A DNA stretch of 55,500 nt, filler included, from Catajapyx aquilonaris (lineage: Eukaryota): the NCBI GenBank assembly GCA_000934665.2. It is 2 parts of 2 records of this genome, joined end to end, with 100 filler letters (N's around TTAATTAATTAA, not from the genome) between each part and the next. Parts side by side here need not be neighbours in the genome. Positions count along the whole stretch, not along the records: positions 1 to 27,713 come from JYFJ02005017.1; 1 more part is not named here. The stretch is one strand, 5' to 3'. Every line of letters starts with the position of its first letter. The stretch's first letter is position 1. The translations under genes were made by a program, and so were the position numbers. Shown piece after piece: positions 9,874 through 23,456 of this stretch. The notes under the pieces were generated by a model. The model was not told the DNA's origin. It worked only from the letters and a program-made list of their open reading frames with translations, and ran no database searches.

Positions 9874-12800
9874 ATGGATTCCGGAGAAGGAACAAAAACA
9901 AAAGAAGAGGACACAGATGAAAATTCAACAATTCAAAAATGTGGGTCTCTCCTCTTCAATTACTATCCTGACTGTCTGCAACGGTTTGCGACTGCTAAAG
10001 TGTACCTGGCGTGCCTAAGTTTCGTCAGCATATTTGAAGGTAATTTCATATCCAAATATTGAAAATAATGAACAACATCACCAGCAAGGTTTCACATTCA
10101 TATGGTTCGCACCCCATTGGCATCTTAGTAAATTATTAGCAATCCCTTTATATGTTCAAAATGAAATCGTAAAGATCTCATCAGCATTTTAAAACACTTT
10201 TTAAGCACTTAATTCTACGTTTGTGTTACACTATTTCAGGCATGATGTTCGCTTATGTTATGGGAACACTGACCTCCGTCGAACGTCATTTTCAAATGAG
10301 TAGCCAAGAGACAGGCATGCTTTTGACCGTGGCTGAGGTAGTTCCTGTTGTGACAACGATGTTTGTCAGTTTTTACGGAGGCAGAGGTAACCGCCCTCGA
10401 TGGCAGGCGGGAGGAATTTTTATCGTGGTCATCTACTGCACTGTCATGTTTCTGGGCTACCTCGTCGTTCCTATTCCCAACTTTTCTACCACAATCGTCG
10501 TGGAAGCCGAAAACTCTTCTCAGTCAACCACCAATAGTACTTCAGAAGTACTATGCTACTTACCTGATATGACGGAGAGTAACTATAGCCAGTTTGGTAA
10601 TAACAGCAGGCCACAAAAGGAATGTACCATACATCATGGAGGTTCACAGACTCTGGCTTTTTTCATTTTGTTTGTGGCTTTCGCTATGCTGGGTAAATAT
10701 ACAATTCTGCTTTCAAATGATAATTATGAACACCGGAAGCACATTTGTTTTTATTATGATTACACAACATGTATGATTCTATTTTTCAGACCTTGGTCCT
10801 TCCACTCTTTATACAATAGGTATTCCATATATGGACGATGGCGTTAGTAAAAAAGATATGCCAATGTACCTTTGTAAGTGGTCTAATTATTATTATTAAT
10901 AATTAATTTTAGAGACACGAATTGCAGGGCAGGAAACCATTCTCTTGATTTGTGTGATTTATCACGGTAATCTGAAATATATTTGAACAGCCCCCCACGT
11001 TGCCGAACCGTAAAATATGCCAACATATGATATGCATTGCTCATATTACATTTGTTTTTGTAATAACATTACTAGCCAAGTTAATAGACTTTTGTTTTCA
11101 GCAATCGTTATAACAGTGCGCTGCATAGGTCCTTTGTTGGGTCAAATGTTGAGTTCAATTTGTCTGCGCATTTACATCTACCCCAATGTGGATCCGGGTT
11201 AGTTATGACATTACATAAATTTTTCTTGTTAATTATACGAATCGCAGAAGGTTTTTAAGATCTAAAGTACTGCATTATTTCGTGCTTTATTGCAGGAATC
11301 AAGGACAACGATCCGAAATGGATTGGAGCATGGTGGTTGGGCTTCCTAATCATGGCAAACATATTTATTATTTGTGGCATTCTATTGACACTTTTCCCCA
11401 GAAAATTAAAGAAGCCGAATGTTATTCAGTCTAAGGAAGAAGAACTGAAAGATTGCACTGCCAATAAGACATCCTGCACAAATGGGGACATCCCTGACCC
11501 CGATAATAAAAAGGATGAAACTTCCGCCAAGAAAAATATATGCGATACATTTCAGTTGAAAGGTATAACATTGACGATAAATGCCAAGATGTAGTAGCAT
11601 ACGTTGAATCAGTGTCATGCTCAAATGACATTAGACAGTGACACCGATTTCTTAATTCCAGAATTATGGAATACAGTCGTTAGGCTTCTGAAGAATCCAG
11701 TACTGATGTGCTGCTGTGCCACATCCATATTTAACACAATTGGCGCCATCGGATTTGAAATATGGATGCCTAAATTAATGGAGAACCGATTCCACATTTC
11801 GAAGGCAGACGCTTCCCTTCATTCTGGTGAATATAAAGTGTCGTTAAGTCTAATGCAACATGTGACTGACTGTGATGTTTCATTCTCGTGATATTTTCAG
11901 GTTTGGGTACCAGTATAACGATAATCGTAGGAATTATGGTTGGCGGATTCCTAATGCGTAGATACCGTCCAAGTGCACGTAAACTTATTGGCATTCTAGC
12001 CTTTACTAGCTTCATCTATGCAGCAGGTGTTGTTGGCCTAATGTTTATCACTTGCGACACTAGCCATCAAATGCCAGGAACATTGCTCCCTGATGGAAGG
12101 TTAATTTCTACATTTTGGTACAAAAAAGCTGCTACCGTACTACATTTATCTGCCGTTCTCGGAAATTACAGCCTGGAGTTGTTCGACCCACGTTGCACCA
12201 AGGAGTGCGAGTGTGGCACTGACATCTTCGCACCCGTCTGCTTAGAAGGCCCCACCCTCGCTTCCTCAAAGACTTTCTTCTCGGCTTGTCATGCTGGGTG
12301 CCAAGTCAGCCTGAAAGAAAATGACACTTCCAGAATATACGCCTATGCCAACTGCACATGTCTGGACGAACCTGACACTATTCTAATGAACGAATCTTGT
12401 GGAGAGACCTGCTCGCAGCAGTTACTCATCTACGAAATAACATTGGCCCTTCTTAATTTCATATTGGGCGTCACAATTATCTCCAATATCATAATTGATA
12501 TCAGGTACAAAAATGCGATTCATCATAAAATTGTGTAGGCCTAATTAAGTTTGTGTTAATTTTGTGTCTAATTTAAAGTACAGTATAGTGTAACATTACT
12601 AATGACACAAGAACTTATTTATTTAATTGATACGTGTAGATTTATCCGTGTTTTTAAATGGACAACATGAGCACATTTTTGCAGATGTGTTTCGAGTGAA
12701 GACAAAACTGTGGGTCTCGGATTTTTGACGGCTGCAGCATCGGCCTTTGGAGCTCTTCCTACACCGGCTCTCTTCGGTCTACTAGTAGACTCTTCGTGCC

Positions 12801-13100
12801 TTATTTGGGAAGAATCCTGCGGACAAACAGGGTCCTGTTGGGTGTACAACGGTTCTGACTTTAGGTGCGTAATGATTGCCAATACAAAATTTGTTGGCAA
12901 GAGCTATAGTATATAGTATGGACTCTTTCAGCACAAAATTCCACTTGACTGGAGCTACATTTTTTGCCTTGGCCGGCGTATTTGAAGTCATCAAGTACAA
13001 ATACGCAGGAGGTGTGAACCTTAATGACGACGATGACGACCCCAAGACCTCCTCTGACATCAGCCTTAAACAGCAAAAATCATCTGAGTCGCAGTTGTGA
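9874..13100 (+). CDS. SLCO/OATP-family organic anion transporting polypeptide, copy 1 (~703 aa, 10 coding exons)
   Basis: Exons 9874-10039, 10240-10692, 10790-10873, 11102-11197, 11296-11562, 11662-11826, 11901-12099, 12172-12504, 12685-12864, 12932-13100 (2112 nt, open frame). OATP signature DPKWIGAWWLGF; Kazal-like CTKECECGTDIFAPVC..FSACHAGC; C-terminal DSSCLIWEESCGQTGSCWVY. A short upstream coding exon is possible, as in the paralogs. Confidence 0.93.
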
Positions 13101-13504
13101 GCACAATGATGCACAAAATCGTGATTTCTAGTTCTGACATTTTTGTAATGATGCATCATTACTGTATTATTTTGATAAAGAAATGTCAATATTTTTTGCC
13201 TCTTGGTGAAATTCTGTAACTTGCACACAACAGCACACATGATAACACCGTCATCATAATCATGCCAATTGCGATGGCAGATCACACCGTGGAGATAATG
13301 TCTGCCATCAAACTATATCAAAGTCATTAAAGAATTCAGAAGTGACGTTTTAATGTGTCTGACATAATTTCAGCAAAATGTAACTGTGCTGTAACTTATC
13401 ATTTTCCACAAACGGAATACCATCATCGATCAAGTGCGGAAACTCCCCCTCCGTTTGGGCTGGGGGGGGGGGGGGNGGGGGGGGGGGGGGGATGTTTACA
13501 ACTA

Positions 13505-14012
13505 CACAAAGTGTGCAGTAAATGGATATACCTACCCTTGCGTAATTTTCAGTTTCAAGGATATTCCCATGCGGAAGGCTTCACATACAACAACCAGCAT
13601 CCAGTCAGTGATATATCATCATTCCCATGCCGTGGTTGCCTGTTATCGAATCGACATTGCTATAGACTCATCTCTCACAACGCCACAACAATATTTATAA
13701 GGTTAAAAACCCAGGCAAAGATCTATGGCAGGGACTCGCCAAAGATAATTTATAGGCGTCAGGACTCCAGGAAAAGCGATAATTCATCACATCACTGACA
13801 CCAAAATTGCGAAGGTCAGTCATTGAGGATGACACCAGCAGCGCCATCAAGCGTGACCTCTACATCCAATCTTGCTTCTACTGGACCGAATTAAAACTTC
13901 GCGAGTACACACCAAGGGAGACAACTACATATAATTTATTTAACAAAACCCTTCTGGACTCCTACGCTGGACTTACTAAACGATTAAGAGTCAGCCATGT
14001 CTAACGGTGAGT
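13505..14012 (+). promoter_or_regulatory. Conserved upstream block (promoter / 5' leader / first exon) of SLCO copy 2
   Basis: Homologous to 18388-18865 and 22826-23330. Ends in GCC ATG TCT AAC G|GTGAGT with an in-frame TAA 9 nt upstream of the ATG. Confidence 0.75.
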
Positions 14013-17000
14013 AGAGTACAGATAACTTTTGTGTCAAATGTAGGCTATACGCATGGCATGTTTTCATGTGAATAGTGATGGCTGAGAATGAAAGTGGTTG
14101 CCATATTCACGATTGACGCAACTTTGTAGCCTCCAGAGTGAGCAGAAAAATACAGGATCTAGGTGAAAGCACTTGAATATGATACAAACGAATACTGAAA
14201 GTTACGCTTCCATTTTTAGGACTTTCGGTTATTGAAACCAGTAGAAAAATACACTTTCTCCTCATCATTCTGAAATAATCATTGGAAATACGCATTATTA
14301 CGTAGATTGCGTGCCTAGAAGTGGTCAAGGGCAACCTCTTATCTTTGATGTTGAGTAATTTTTATGTATAGACCAGATAGCCTTAACTAACATTAGTTAT
14401 TTGAAATCCCAACAAAAAATTACAAACATCTTATGTACCTCATACACATTTAGTTTTCCATGCGCAGTAAATGTGATTTAGGTCAGATGTTGCACCCCTC
14501 TCTTTCTCTCCAGCTCCCTCTCTCCCTATTTTATTTTTTCTCTGGTCATCGCGCCTCTCCCCTCCCACAAATTCTGCAGCATGGAGGCTAGATAACTGTG
14601 TACAGCAAAGTGGACGAGTGTGCCTAATTAACATACTCACTCGCGGTAGACCAAAATTCAATCCCTACAGTACACTGAACAGCAAGTTTGGAAGACATTT
14701 CAAGTGTCACTTCATTTGTATTTGATAGGCCAAGTGGATGTCATGGCAGAAGCAGCAGAAGATATCGATGTGGAGGGGGAAGACCCAAGGGTGTACAAGT
14801 GCGGCAGTATTCTCCTTAATTATTATCCTAACTTCTTGCAGCGCCTGGCAAACGCAAAAGTTTACATGGTCTACTTGAGTATCATGGGGATATTTCAAGG
14901 TTAGTTGTTCATAATGACATCCATATATAGAGCCTCATTTTCGCTCTAATTAAATGTATTTTTAAATTTCAAAGATGTACAATATACTTTCTTCAAATGT
15001 TTCATTGGTGTCGCAAATATGCCACTAACAATGGATCATTGATTGCAGGGATGATGGGTACTTACATCGGGGGAGTCATGACCTCACTTGAGCGCCACTT
15101 TCAATTGAGCAGCCAAGAGTCAGGCATGCTCGTAACAGTCTCAGAGATAGTCCCCGTCGTGTTAGTCTTGTTAATCAGTTTTTATGGAAGCCGAGGGAAT
15201 CGTCCTAGATCTCAGGCTATCGGGCTTTTCATCATTGCCACCTACTGCACTATAATGGTTATTGGATATCTTGTCATTCCCATACCAAACTTTTCAACCA
15301 CCAGCAGCCCGAATGACAAAGATTCTTCTGAGACTACCAGTGGCGGAACCGATATGCAACTCTGTTATTTTGATGATGACAATCAGTATGGAAACACCAG
15401 CAGGCCTCACAAAAAGTGTACCCCAGAGGAGAGCGGCTCACAAGTACTATCAATTGGAATTTTGTTTGTTGCTTTCGCTTTGGTGGGTAAGTATTGGAGG
15501 TCTCGCTATAGCACTATAGCTGAAGAAGTTGTCAGCTAGTTACCTCCACGTTTTTGGACTCAAAAAAGCATCTTCTTCCTCAATTTTAACTGTTTTACCA
15601 TCTTCGGGATATGTCACCTTCATCACTCGATCAATCTTACTGTGTCTCTCCACATTATGGAGTAATTGTCTCAAAAAATATTTTTCAATATTTAAAAACC
15701 CAACCCCTTACGTTTTTGGCAAGTCAAAGTGTAACAAAAAGGCCCCACACTTGGAATAAGTACCGCAAGTTTGTAACGTGCAATTATTACAATGAATTAT
15801 ACCCACTATTTCAGATATTGGTCCGACCTTATTATACACAATAGGTGTACCATACATGGATGATTCAGTTTCGAAGAGAGATTCTCCAATGTACCTATGT
15901 AAGTGGGCTTTTATGAGTATTAAGTAACGTAAGAAAAGTGCAGAAAACATTCAAAATTTACATGAAACAGTTAGTATGGAGATCATAAAATTTGGTTCTA
16001 CAATATATGCATGCTGCACGTTTTATAGGCGTTTGTAATTTAACACTATATGCATTAAGGTTTACTCTTCAGCCATCGCCGGGACAATACAACGACTGGG
16101 ACCCTTGTCTGGTCAACTCCTTAGTTCATTTTGTCTCCGCTATTACATCTACATCAACGTAGATCCAGGTTAGTTCATTCTTCCTTGTAGTAGGCACATG
16201 CTCATCTATTCATACGTGACGACATTTTTTGCGTACTTATTATTGTCTTGAATTGCCATAATTTCACATTTTATTGCAGGCATGGCTGAAAATGATCCTA
16301 GATGGATAGGAGCCTGGTGGTTAGGTTTTGCAATAATGGCAGGCACGTTCATTTGCTGTGGGTTTGGTATGGCCCTCTTCCCTCAAAAACTAAAAAAGGA
16401 AACCGTTGAAGAGACGGCTAAACGACGGGCCTCTATAGCCCTAAACCGTAAACTATCTATGGTAATGGAAACTGGAGACATCGGAAGTAATAAAAAAGAA
16501 GTGTCTGAACGGAACCTATGCAAGATATTCAAACTGCGAGGTAACACATTCATGGGACGATATATAGACAATGTTACCAATGAATAATTGATGTTTATAA
16601 TTCCAGAGTTGTGGACAACTGTGGTTAGACTTTCCAAGAATCCGTTACTGATATGTTCCGCCTTCACTTCTCTTTTTGACGCAATTCTAGTTGTCGCATA
16701 TGACAACTGGTCGGCGAAGTTCATGGAACACCAATTCCACATCTCAAAAGCGGACGCTTCTCTACATGCTGGTAATTGAAGGAGAGTCTAGGACATGCCG
16801 ACTGATGACTGTACCACGCATAATTTAATTTGGTATACTGTATACTAGTAGTTCATGGTGTCTTGTAAGTTGCAACAATCGTTTTACGTCATTTTACATT
16901 GTATAAAGTCAGTACTGAAAAGACAGGCTTAAGCACTACAGGTTTAAAGGATGTAATATTATAACAAGTGTTTTGATTGCAGGATTGGGCTCATACGTAT

Positions 17001-18247
17001 CATCTTTTTTTGGAGTATTTCTGACTGGAATCCTGATGACAAAGTTTCCTCCGAGTGCTCGCACTCTCGCTGCCTGTCTAGCAGTGACCAACTTTATTTT
17101 TGTTGTGGGTTTTATAGGAATGACATTTATTTCCTGCGACAAGACCCATCAAATCCCAGGAACTTTACTCCCTGACGGAAGGTAAGTTTCTATTCTGTGT
17201 AACTAACAGTAACTTTACGACACCTGCTTGCAACAACAGTAGGCCTACGGTAATCTGCCACTATTATCACTGTCAGCCTGGAATTGTTCGACCCCCGTTG
17301 CGCCAAGGAGTGCGAATGTGGCACTGACATCTTCGCACCCGTCTGCTTCGAAGGTCCAACTATAGCTACCTCAAAGACTTTCTTCTCGGCTTGTCACGCT
17401 GGGTGCCAAGTCAGTCTTAGAGAAAATGACACCTCCAGAATATACGCCTACACCAGCTGCACATGTCTGGAAGACCCTGCCACTATTCTAAAGACCGGCT
17501 CATGTGGAGGATCTTGTTCAGACAGTCTACTAATCTATGAGATTTCCTTAGCTATTCTCAATGGATTAATCAGCTCCACCTTTATTGGAAACATGATCAT
17601 AGATCTAAGGTACAGTAATTTTATTTGTAATACAGAGCGTCCAAACTTATGGCAGAGATTAGTCTTATTGCCTTCTTTGAATTCCACTCTCTCCCACCTA
17701 AACCGTGGATTTTGCAGAAAAGCCAATGATCATTTTTGTTGGTATAATGGTATTAACTGCCAGATTAGCCTTCTAAATATTGACAATTAAGTAATATTGA
17801 CAGGTGCGTTCAACCTGAAGACAAATCTGTGGCTCTCGGATTGTTTACAACAATAGCAGCTGCCTTGGCATTTCTTCCTGTACCGTCGCTTTTTGGCATG
17901 CTAATCGACTCCACGTGCCTTGTTTGGGAAGAATCTTGCGGCGAAAGAGGTTCCTGTTGGGTCTACAACACGTCAGATTTCAGGTCTGCCCTGTTTCAGT
18001 ACTTTCATTCTGCCGCGGAGGTCTTACTACCCTTTTTTCACTCGAGGTAATGTTTTTGCTCTTATAATATAGTACTCTTCCACTTTTCAGTATCAAATTA
18101 CATTTGACAGCCGCATCTGCCATAGCTGTGGTCGTTGTTTCTCAAGTCGCCAAGTACAAATTTGCAGGAAATCTTCAAATGATTGATGAGAACCCCAAGA
18201 CAGATCCTGAGAACGCAGAAGTGAAAACATCAGAATCAAAGTTATGA
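13997..18247 (+). CDS. SLCO/OATP-family transporter, copy 2 (~697 aa, 11 coding exons)
   Basis: Exons 13997-14006, 14729-14899, 15049-15486, 15815-15898, 16073-16168, 16280-16540, 16607-16771, 16983-17181, 17277-17609, 17804-17983, 18091-18247 (2094 nt). DPRWIGAWWLGF signature, Kazal-like domain, and the same intron positions and phases as copy 1. Alternative in-exon ATG at 14743. Confidence 0.92.
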
Positions 18248-18387
18248 GCCCGCTCTTAACATTGTTATGCAATTTTGTAGCTTGGTGAGAATATACTTTC
18301 AATTAACAAGTTTCGCATTTTTTTTGTTACCACTCGTAAAACCTTCCCGAGGAATAGTTTAACAACTACTCCGAGTGTGCTGTAACT

Positions 18388-18865
18388 GCATCCCCTTGCG
18401 TAAGATTAAATTCAAGGGTATTCCCACGCGGAAGGATACACCTACAACAATATGACCAACGTCCAGTCATTGAAGATCATCACTCTAGTGCAACGGTTGG
18501 CTGTTATGGAATCTGCATTGCTAAACTCATCTCTCACAAAGATAGATCAATCTTTAAAGACTCATGCCAAGACTCGTGGCAAGGACTCTCTTAAAGATAA
18601 TTTAGCGGCAGAACTCTAGGAAAAGCGATAATCCATTACATCCGTGATTCTGAAATTGCGAAGGTCATTCATTGAGGATGCAGCTCTCATCACATGCAGC
18701 TCTCATCACATGCAGCTCCATCAAGTGTGACCTCTACGTTCCCTGTTGCTACTAGACCGAATTAAAATTTCGCGAGTAAACATTAACAGTAAGTGAAGCA
18801 GACAATTCTGGACTCCACATTGTGCTTGCCAAACGAATAAGAGTGGGCCATGTCTAACGGTGAGT
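18388..18865 (+). promoter_or_regulatory. Conserved upstream block of SLCO copy 3
   Basis: Second copy of the block (CCCTTGCGTAA...TTGCGAAGGTCA...GACCGAATTAAAA.TTCGCGAGTA...GCCATGTCTAACG|GTGAGT). Contains a short ATGCAGCTCTCATCAC tandem duplication. Confidence 0.75.
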
Positions 18866-21800
18866 AGCCTACAGTGCAGCAGTGCTGCATAACCTTTGTG
18901 TAAAATCATTATAGACTAACCACACCGGGTAACTCACATAATGTCACTCTTGGACAATCATATGTGATCCGTAAAATGTGTTACTTCTGTTCTCCATTAG
19001 GCCAAATTGATGCCATGGCACCAGCCGAAGATGACATCGAAGTGGAAGACGAAGACCCAAGGCTGTACAAGTGTGGCAGCAATCTAGTAAACTATTACCC
19101 TGGTTTTCTGCAGCGACTGGCAAGCGCAAAAGTATATCTGGCATATTTGTGTATTGTCGGCATATTCCAAGGTTAGTTGCTATTGCTAATGATAGTATGT
19201 AACTAGAGCTTCATTTCCTGATACCCTCTGCCAAAAGCAGCAATTTAGCTTTATTGTCAATAAATCGTCTCAAATAATTGACATGTTCCAGTAATGTGGT
19301 TGACTTTATTGTAGGAATGATGGGTACTTACATTATGGGAGTCATGAGCTCACTCGAACGCCACTTTCAATTGAGCAGCCAAGAGTCAGGTATGCTACTG
19401 ACAGTCTCCGAGATTGTACCCGTCATGTTAGTCCTGTTAATCAGTTTTTATGGAAGCCGAAGTAATCGTCCTCGATCCCAGGCTATCGGGCTTTACATCA
19501 TGGCCACGTACTGCACTATAATGGTTATCGGATATCTTGTCGTTCCCATACCAAACTTCTCAACCACCACCAGCACGAATGACAAAGGTTCTTCTGAGGC
19601 GACCAATGGCGAAACAGACGTGCAACTCTGCTATTTTGATGATGACAATCGGCATGGCAACATCAGTAGGCATCACAAAGATTGTGCCGCAGAAGAGAGC
19701 GGCTCACCAATACTAGCAATTGGGATTTTGTTTGTTGCTTTCGCTTTGGTTGGTAAGTACAAATTGGGCATCAGTGTCAAGGTGGAACTATATCATATTA
19801 TATACTCTACAGCGTAAGAGATTTTCAATCATGTATTTATTGTAAATACCCATTTGTTTCAGATATTGGTCCAACCTTATTATACACAATAGGTGTGCCT
19901 TACCTGGATGACTCTGTTTCAAAGAAAGATTCTCCGATGTACTTAGGTAAGTGGACTTGTAATAATTAAGCTCAAGTCTTTGGGGAAGACAGAAAATAAG
20001 TTCGACTAGACACTTGAGGACTCCATGAATTTTGAGAGATATACTTAAAATATTTGAGATAATGACGTCGGGATTTTTCATGGAAGCTCTGTATGTCGAA
20101 ATAATTTTTAATGTAGGCCATCACAGACTACAATGCTGTATGTCGTTTTGCCATTTAAAGTTAAGTGTTGTTTTATTTTCAGCCATCGCCGGAACAATAC
20201 AACGACTGGGACCCTTGTTTGGGCAACTCCTCAGTTCAGTTTGCCTTCGTTATTACATATATGTTAACATAGATCCAGGTGAGAGCGGTTTATTATATTT
20301 TTGTTGGTGGGATATGCATAATATTGTTTGTGAATGCTCAGTTTTGTGTCCCTCTGTAAAAAATCAAAAATGTAAAAAAGAATCGACAAAACTACTCTTA
20401 GTGAGGTGATCAGGTGAATATGCCACATTCACAAAATTCGTTTATTTCTGGAAGCGAAGAACATACTGCTAACTAATCTACTTCCATTTATTATGTCACT
20501 GATTATATATTTTTGGGCATTGTCACAAAAATTCTAAACTTTATTGCAGGCATGACTGAAGAAGATCCTAGGTGGATTGGAGCCTGGTGGTTCGGTTTTG
20601 GTATGATGGCTGTCACGTTCACTTTTTGTGGGTTTGGTATGTCGCTCTTCCCTCAAAAACTAAAAAAGCAAACGGCTGCAGAGGCGGTTGAACGAAGGGC
20701 ATCTATAGTCAGAGAACGTCAACTATCCATGATTGTGCAGAAGGAAACTGGATTACTCGAAAGTAATAAAGAAGAAATATCTGAACGAAACCTCTGGAGA
20801 ATATTGAAATTGCGAGGTAACACAATTCAACTCATAATATGCTGCAGTCTATTATTATGTTTATAATAAAATTCCAGAATTATGGACAACTGTGGTCAGA
20901 CTTGCCAAAAATCCACTATTGGTATGTTCAGCAGTCACATCCATCTTTGACACAATTGCAGTTCTCGCATATGACCATTGGATGGCAAAGTTCATGGAAC
21001 ACCAATTTCACATCTCAAAGGCAGAGGCTTCTCTACATGCTGGTTACTACACAAATTACCACCCAATACTACAAACTTTTAACATCATTTTTAATACAAT
21101 AATTTACATTCAAAGTGGTACATCTGATAATTCAGTAATGTTACTCAACACTCATCCTTTATTACAGGAATGGGCTCATATGTATCGGCTTTTTTCGGAG
21201 TATTTCTGACTGGAATCCTGATGACAAAGTTTCCTCCGAGTGCTCGCACTCTCGCAGTCTGTCTAGCAGTGGCAAACTTCACTTTCGTATTTGCTGCCAT
21301 AGGATTAACGTTCATCTCCTGCGACAAGACCCATATAATCCCGGGAACTTTACTCCCTGACGGAAGGTTGGTTTCTATCCTATGTAACTAACAGTAACTA
21401 CGATATTATACACCTGCTTGCAACAACAGTAATCTGCCACTATTATCACTGTCAGCCTGGAGTTGTTCGACCCCCGTTGCGCCAAGGAGTGCGAATGTGG
21501 CACTGACATCTTCGCACCCGTCTGCTTCGAAGGTCCAACCATAGCTACCTCAAAGACTTTCTTCTCGGCTTGTCACGCTGGGTGCCAAGTCAGCCTGAGA
21601 GAAAATGACACCTCCAGAATATACGCCTACACCAACTGCACCTGTCTGGAAGACCCTGCCACCATTCTAAAGACCGGCTCTTGCGGAGGACCTTGCTCGG
21701 AACTATTAATATACGAGATTTCCTTAGGTCTTATCAATGGGTTAATCAGCTCCACGTTTATTGGGAACTTGATCATAGACCTCAGGTATATGGTAATTTT

Positions 21801-22644
21801 GTAGTCTTGAACATTTCCATAGCGCAGAGACACTACCCACCAGTCACCACTTATTCTTTTACCTGAATTTCAATCTTTCCACCTAAGCCAAAGGGTAATA
21901 TTCTCATAGTACTCTCGGAAAAGTCTCTATTGCACATGGCACCATCCAACCTCAGAAATTATCATATGCGTGACAGGACAACTCAGCGTCTTGGAGGTGT
22001 TTTCCATTATTATGGTTCATAATTATCTGGATAATTATAAAAATGAAAAATTCTCAAATTGACAGATGCGTGCAGCCTGAAGACAAATCTGTGGCACTAG
22101 GATTGTTTACGACAATAGCAGCTTCCTTGGCAGTACTTCCTACCCCGGCGCTTTTTGGCATGCTAATCGACTCCACCTGCCTCGTCTGGGAAGAATCTTG
22201 CGGAGGAAGAGGTGCATGTTGGGTCTACAACATGTCAGATTTCTCGTGAGTATAAACAAACTCTGATACAAAACTTTCTGCCCAACACCCAAATCAGCTT
22301 GTGTTGTATGGCTTAAAAGCATCTACACTGAAAGTCAAATTTTCTTCGGCCTTTTTGTTCCCTATTCCATCACATCTTATAAAGTGCCTGTTTTCCGCTT
22401 TTTCATCTACATCTCCCTCTCACAAAATTTATTATAGCCATTGTATTCACATAAATAAAAGTATAAACTTACTTTTCAACCTTTCAGCGTAAAATTCCAT
22501 ATGACAGCCGTTGTAGCTGTAACTATCATCGGTATTTCTCAGCTAGTCAAATACAAATACGCAGCAAATATTAAAATGGTCGATGACGACCCTGACGAGC
22601 CTGATGACAAAGAAGGAGTCAAAATGAATGAATCCAAGTTATGA
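18850..22644 (+). CDS. SLCO/OATP-family transporter, copy 3 (~698 aa, 11 coding exons)
   Basis: Exons 18850-18859, 19001-19171, 19315-19752, 19863-19946, 20183-20278, 20550-20816, 20878-21042, 21168-21366, 21456-21785, 22066-22245, 22488-22644 (2097 nt). DPRWIGAWWFGF signature; closest paralog of copy 2. Alternative in-exon ATG at 19015. Confidence 0.92.
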
Positions 22645-22825
22645 GTATGTAAAGTTGAGTTATTATGTTGCAATAAAATTTATTTCAATAAAAGAATATT
22701 TCAATTAACAGGATAAGCAAGCACACGAAATATAATTTTTTTTCAATGCGTGAGTGTATGAAAGATGTACAAGGTCCTAATAACTCGCTTATTTCGGTGT
22801 TTTACAACACTATACTGTATACACA

Positions 22826-23330
22826 GAATGTGCAGTAAATGCAACCCCTTGCGTAATTTTAGTTTCAAGGGTATTCCCATGCGGAAGGCTACAACGCAAC
22901 AAAATGACCAGAGTCCAGTCATTGACGATCATCCCTCTCGTGCAACGGTTGGCTGTTATGGAAGCTGCATTGCTAAACTCATCTCTCACAAAGATAGATC
23001 AACTTTTAAAGAATCACGAAAGGATTCGTGGCAAGGACTCTCTAAAAATAATTCATAAGCGGCAGAACTCCAGGAAAAGCGATAATTCATTACATCAGTG
23101 ACTCTGAAATTGCGAAGGTCATTCATTGAGGATGTCACTCGATGTCACTCTCATCCCAAACAGCTCCATCAAGCGTGACCTCTACGTTGTCTGTTGTTGC
23201 TACTGGACCGAATTAAAACTTCGCGAGTAAACACCAAGGGAGACAGCTACATATAATTTAACAAAACACTTCTGGACTCCTACACTGGGCTTGCCAAACG
23301 AATAAGAGTGGGCCATGTCCAACGGTAAGT
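22826..23330 (+). promoter_or_regulatory. Conserved upstream block of SLCO copy 4 (pseudogene)
   Basis: Third copy of the block, ending GCC ATG TCC AAC G|GTAAGT (ATG at 23315). Confidence 0.75.
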
Positions 23331-23456
23331 ACTGCAGTGCAGTGCTGCACAACAATTTTGTGTAAAATGTACGAAAATTGTTTTACTTATTGTTACTTAT
23401 GCATTGCAATAAATCGTTACACCAATTTTCTAATAAACGCGATGAAAGACAATAAA

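Noticed and set aside
12100..12171. ORF 11888-12538 reads through as one exon
   Set aside because: The 72-nt stop-free segment has GT..AG ends at the position where both paralogs have an intron with stops, so it is treated as an intron.
13355..13798. 147-aa ORF and related ORFs (22765-23058, 22904-23101) in the repeated upstream block, sharing RQxSRKSDN
   Set aside because: The reading frame is not preserved among the three copies (a 2-nt deletion in copy 2 and a ~10-nt insertion in copy 1). The peptide similarity follows from DNA homology; at most these are uORFs.
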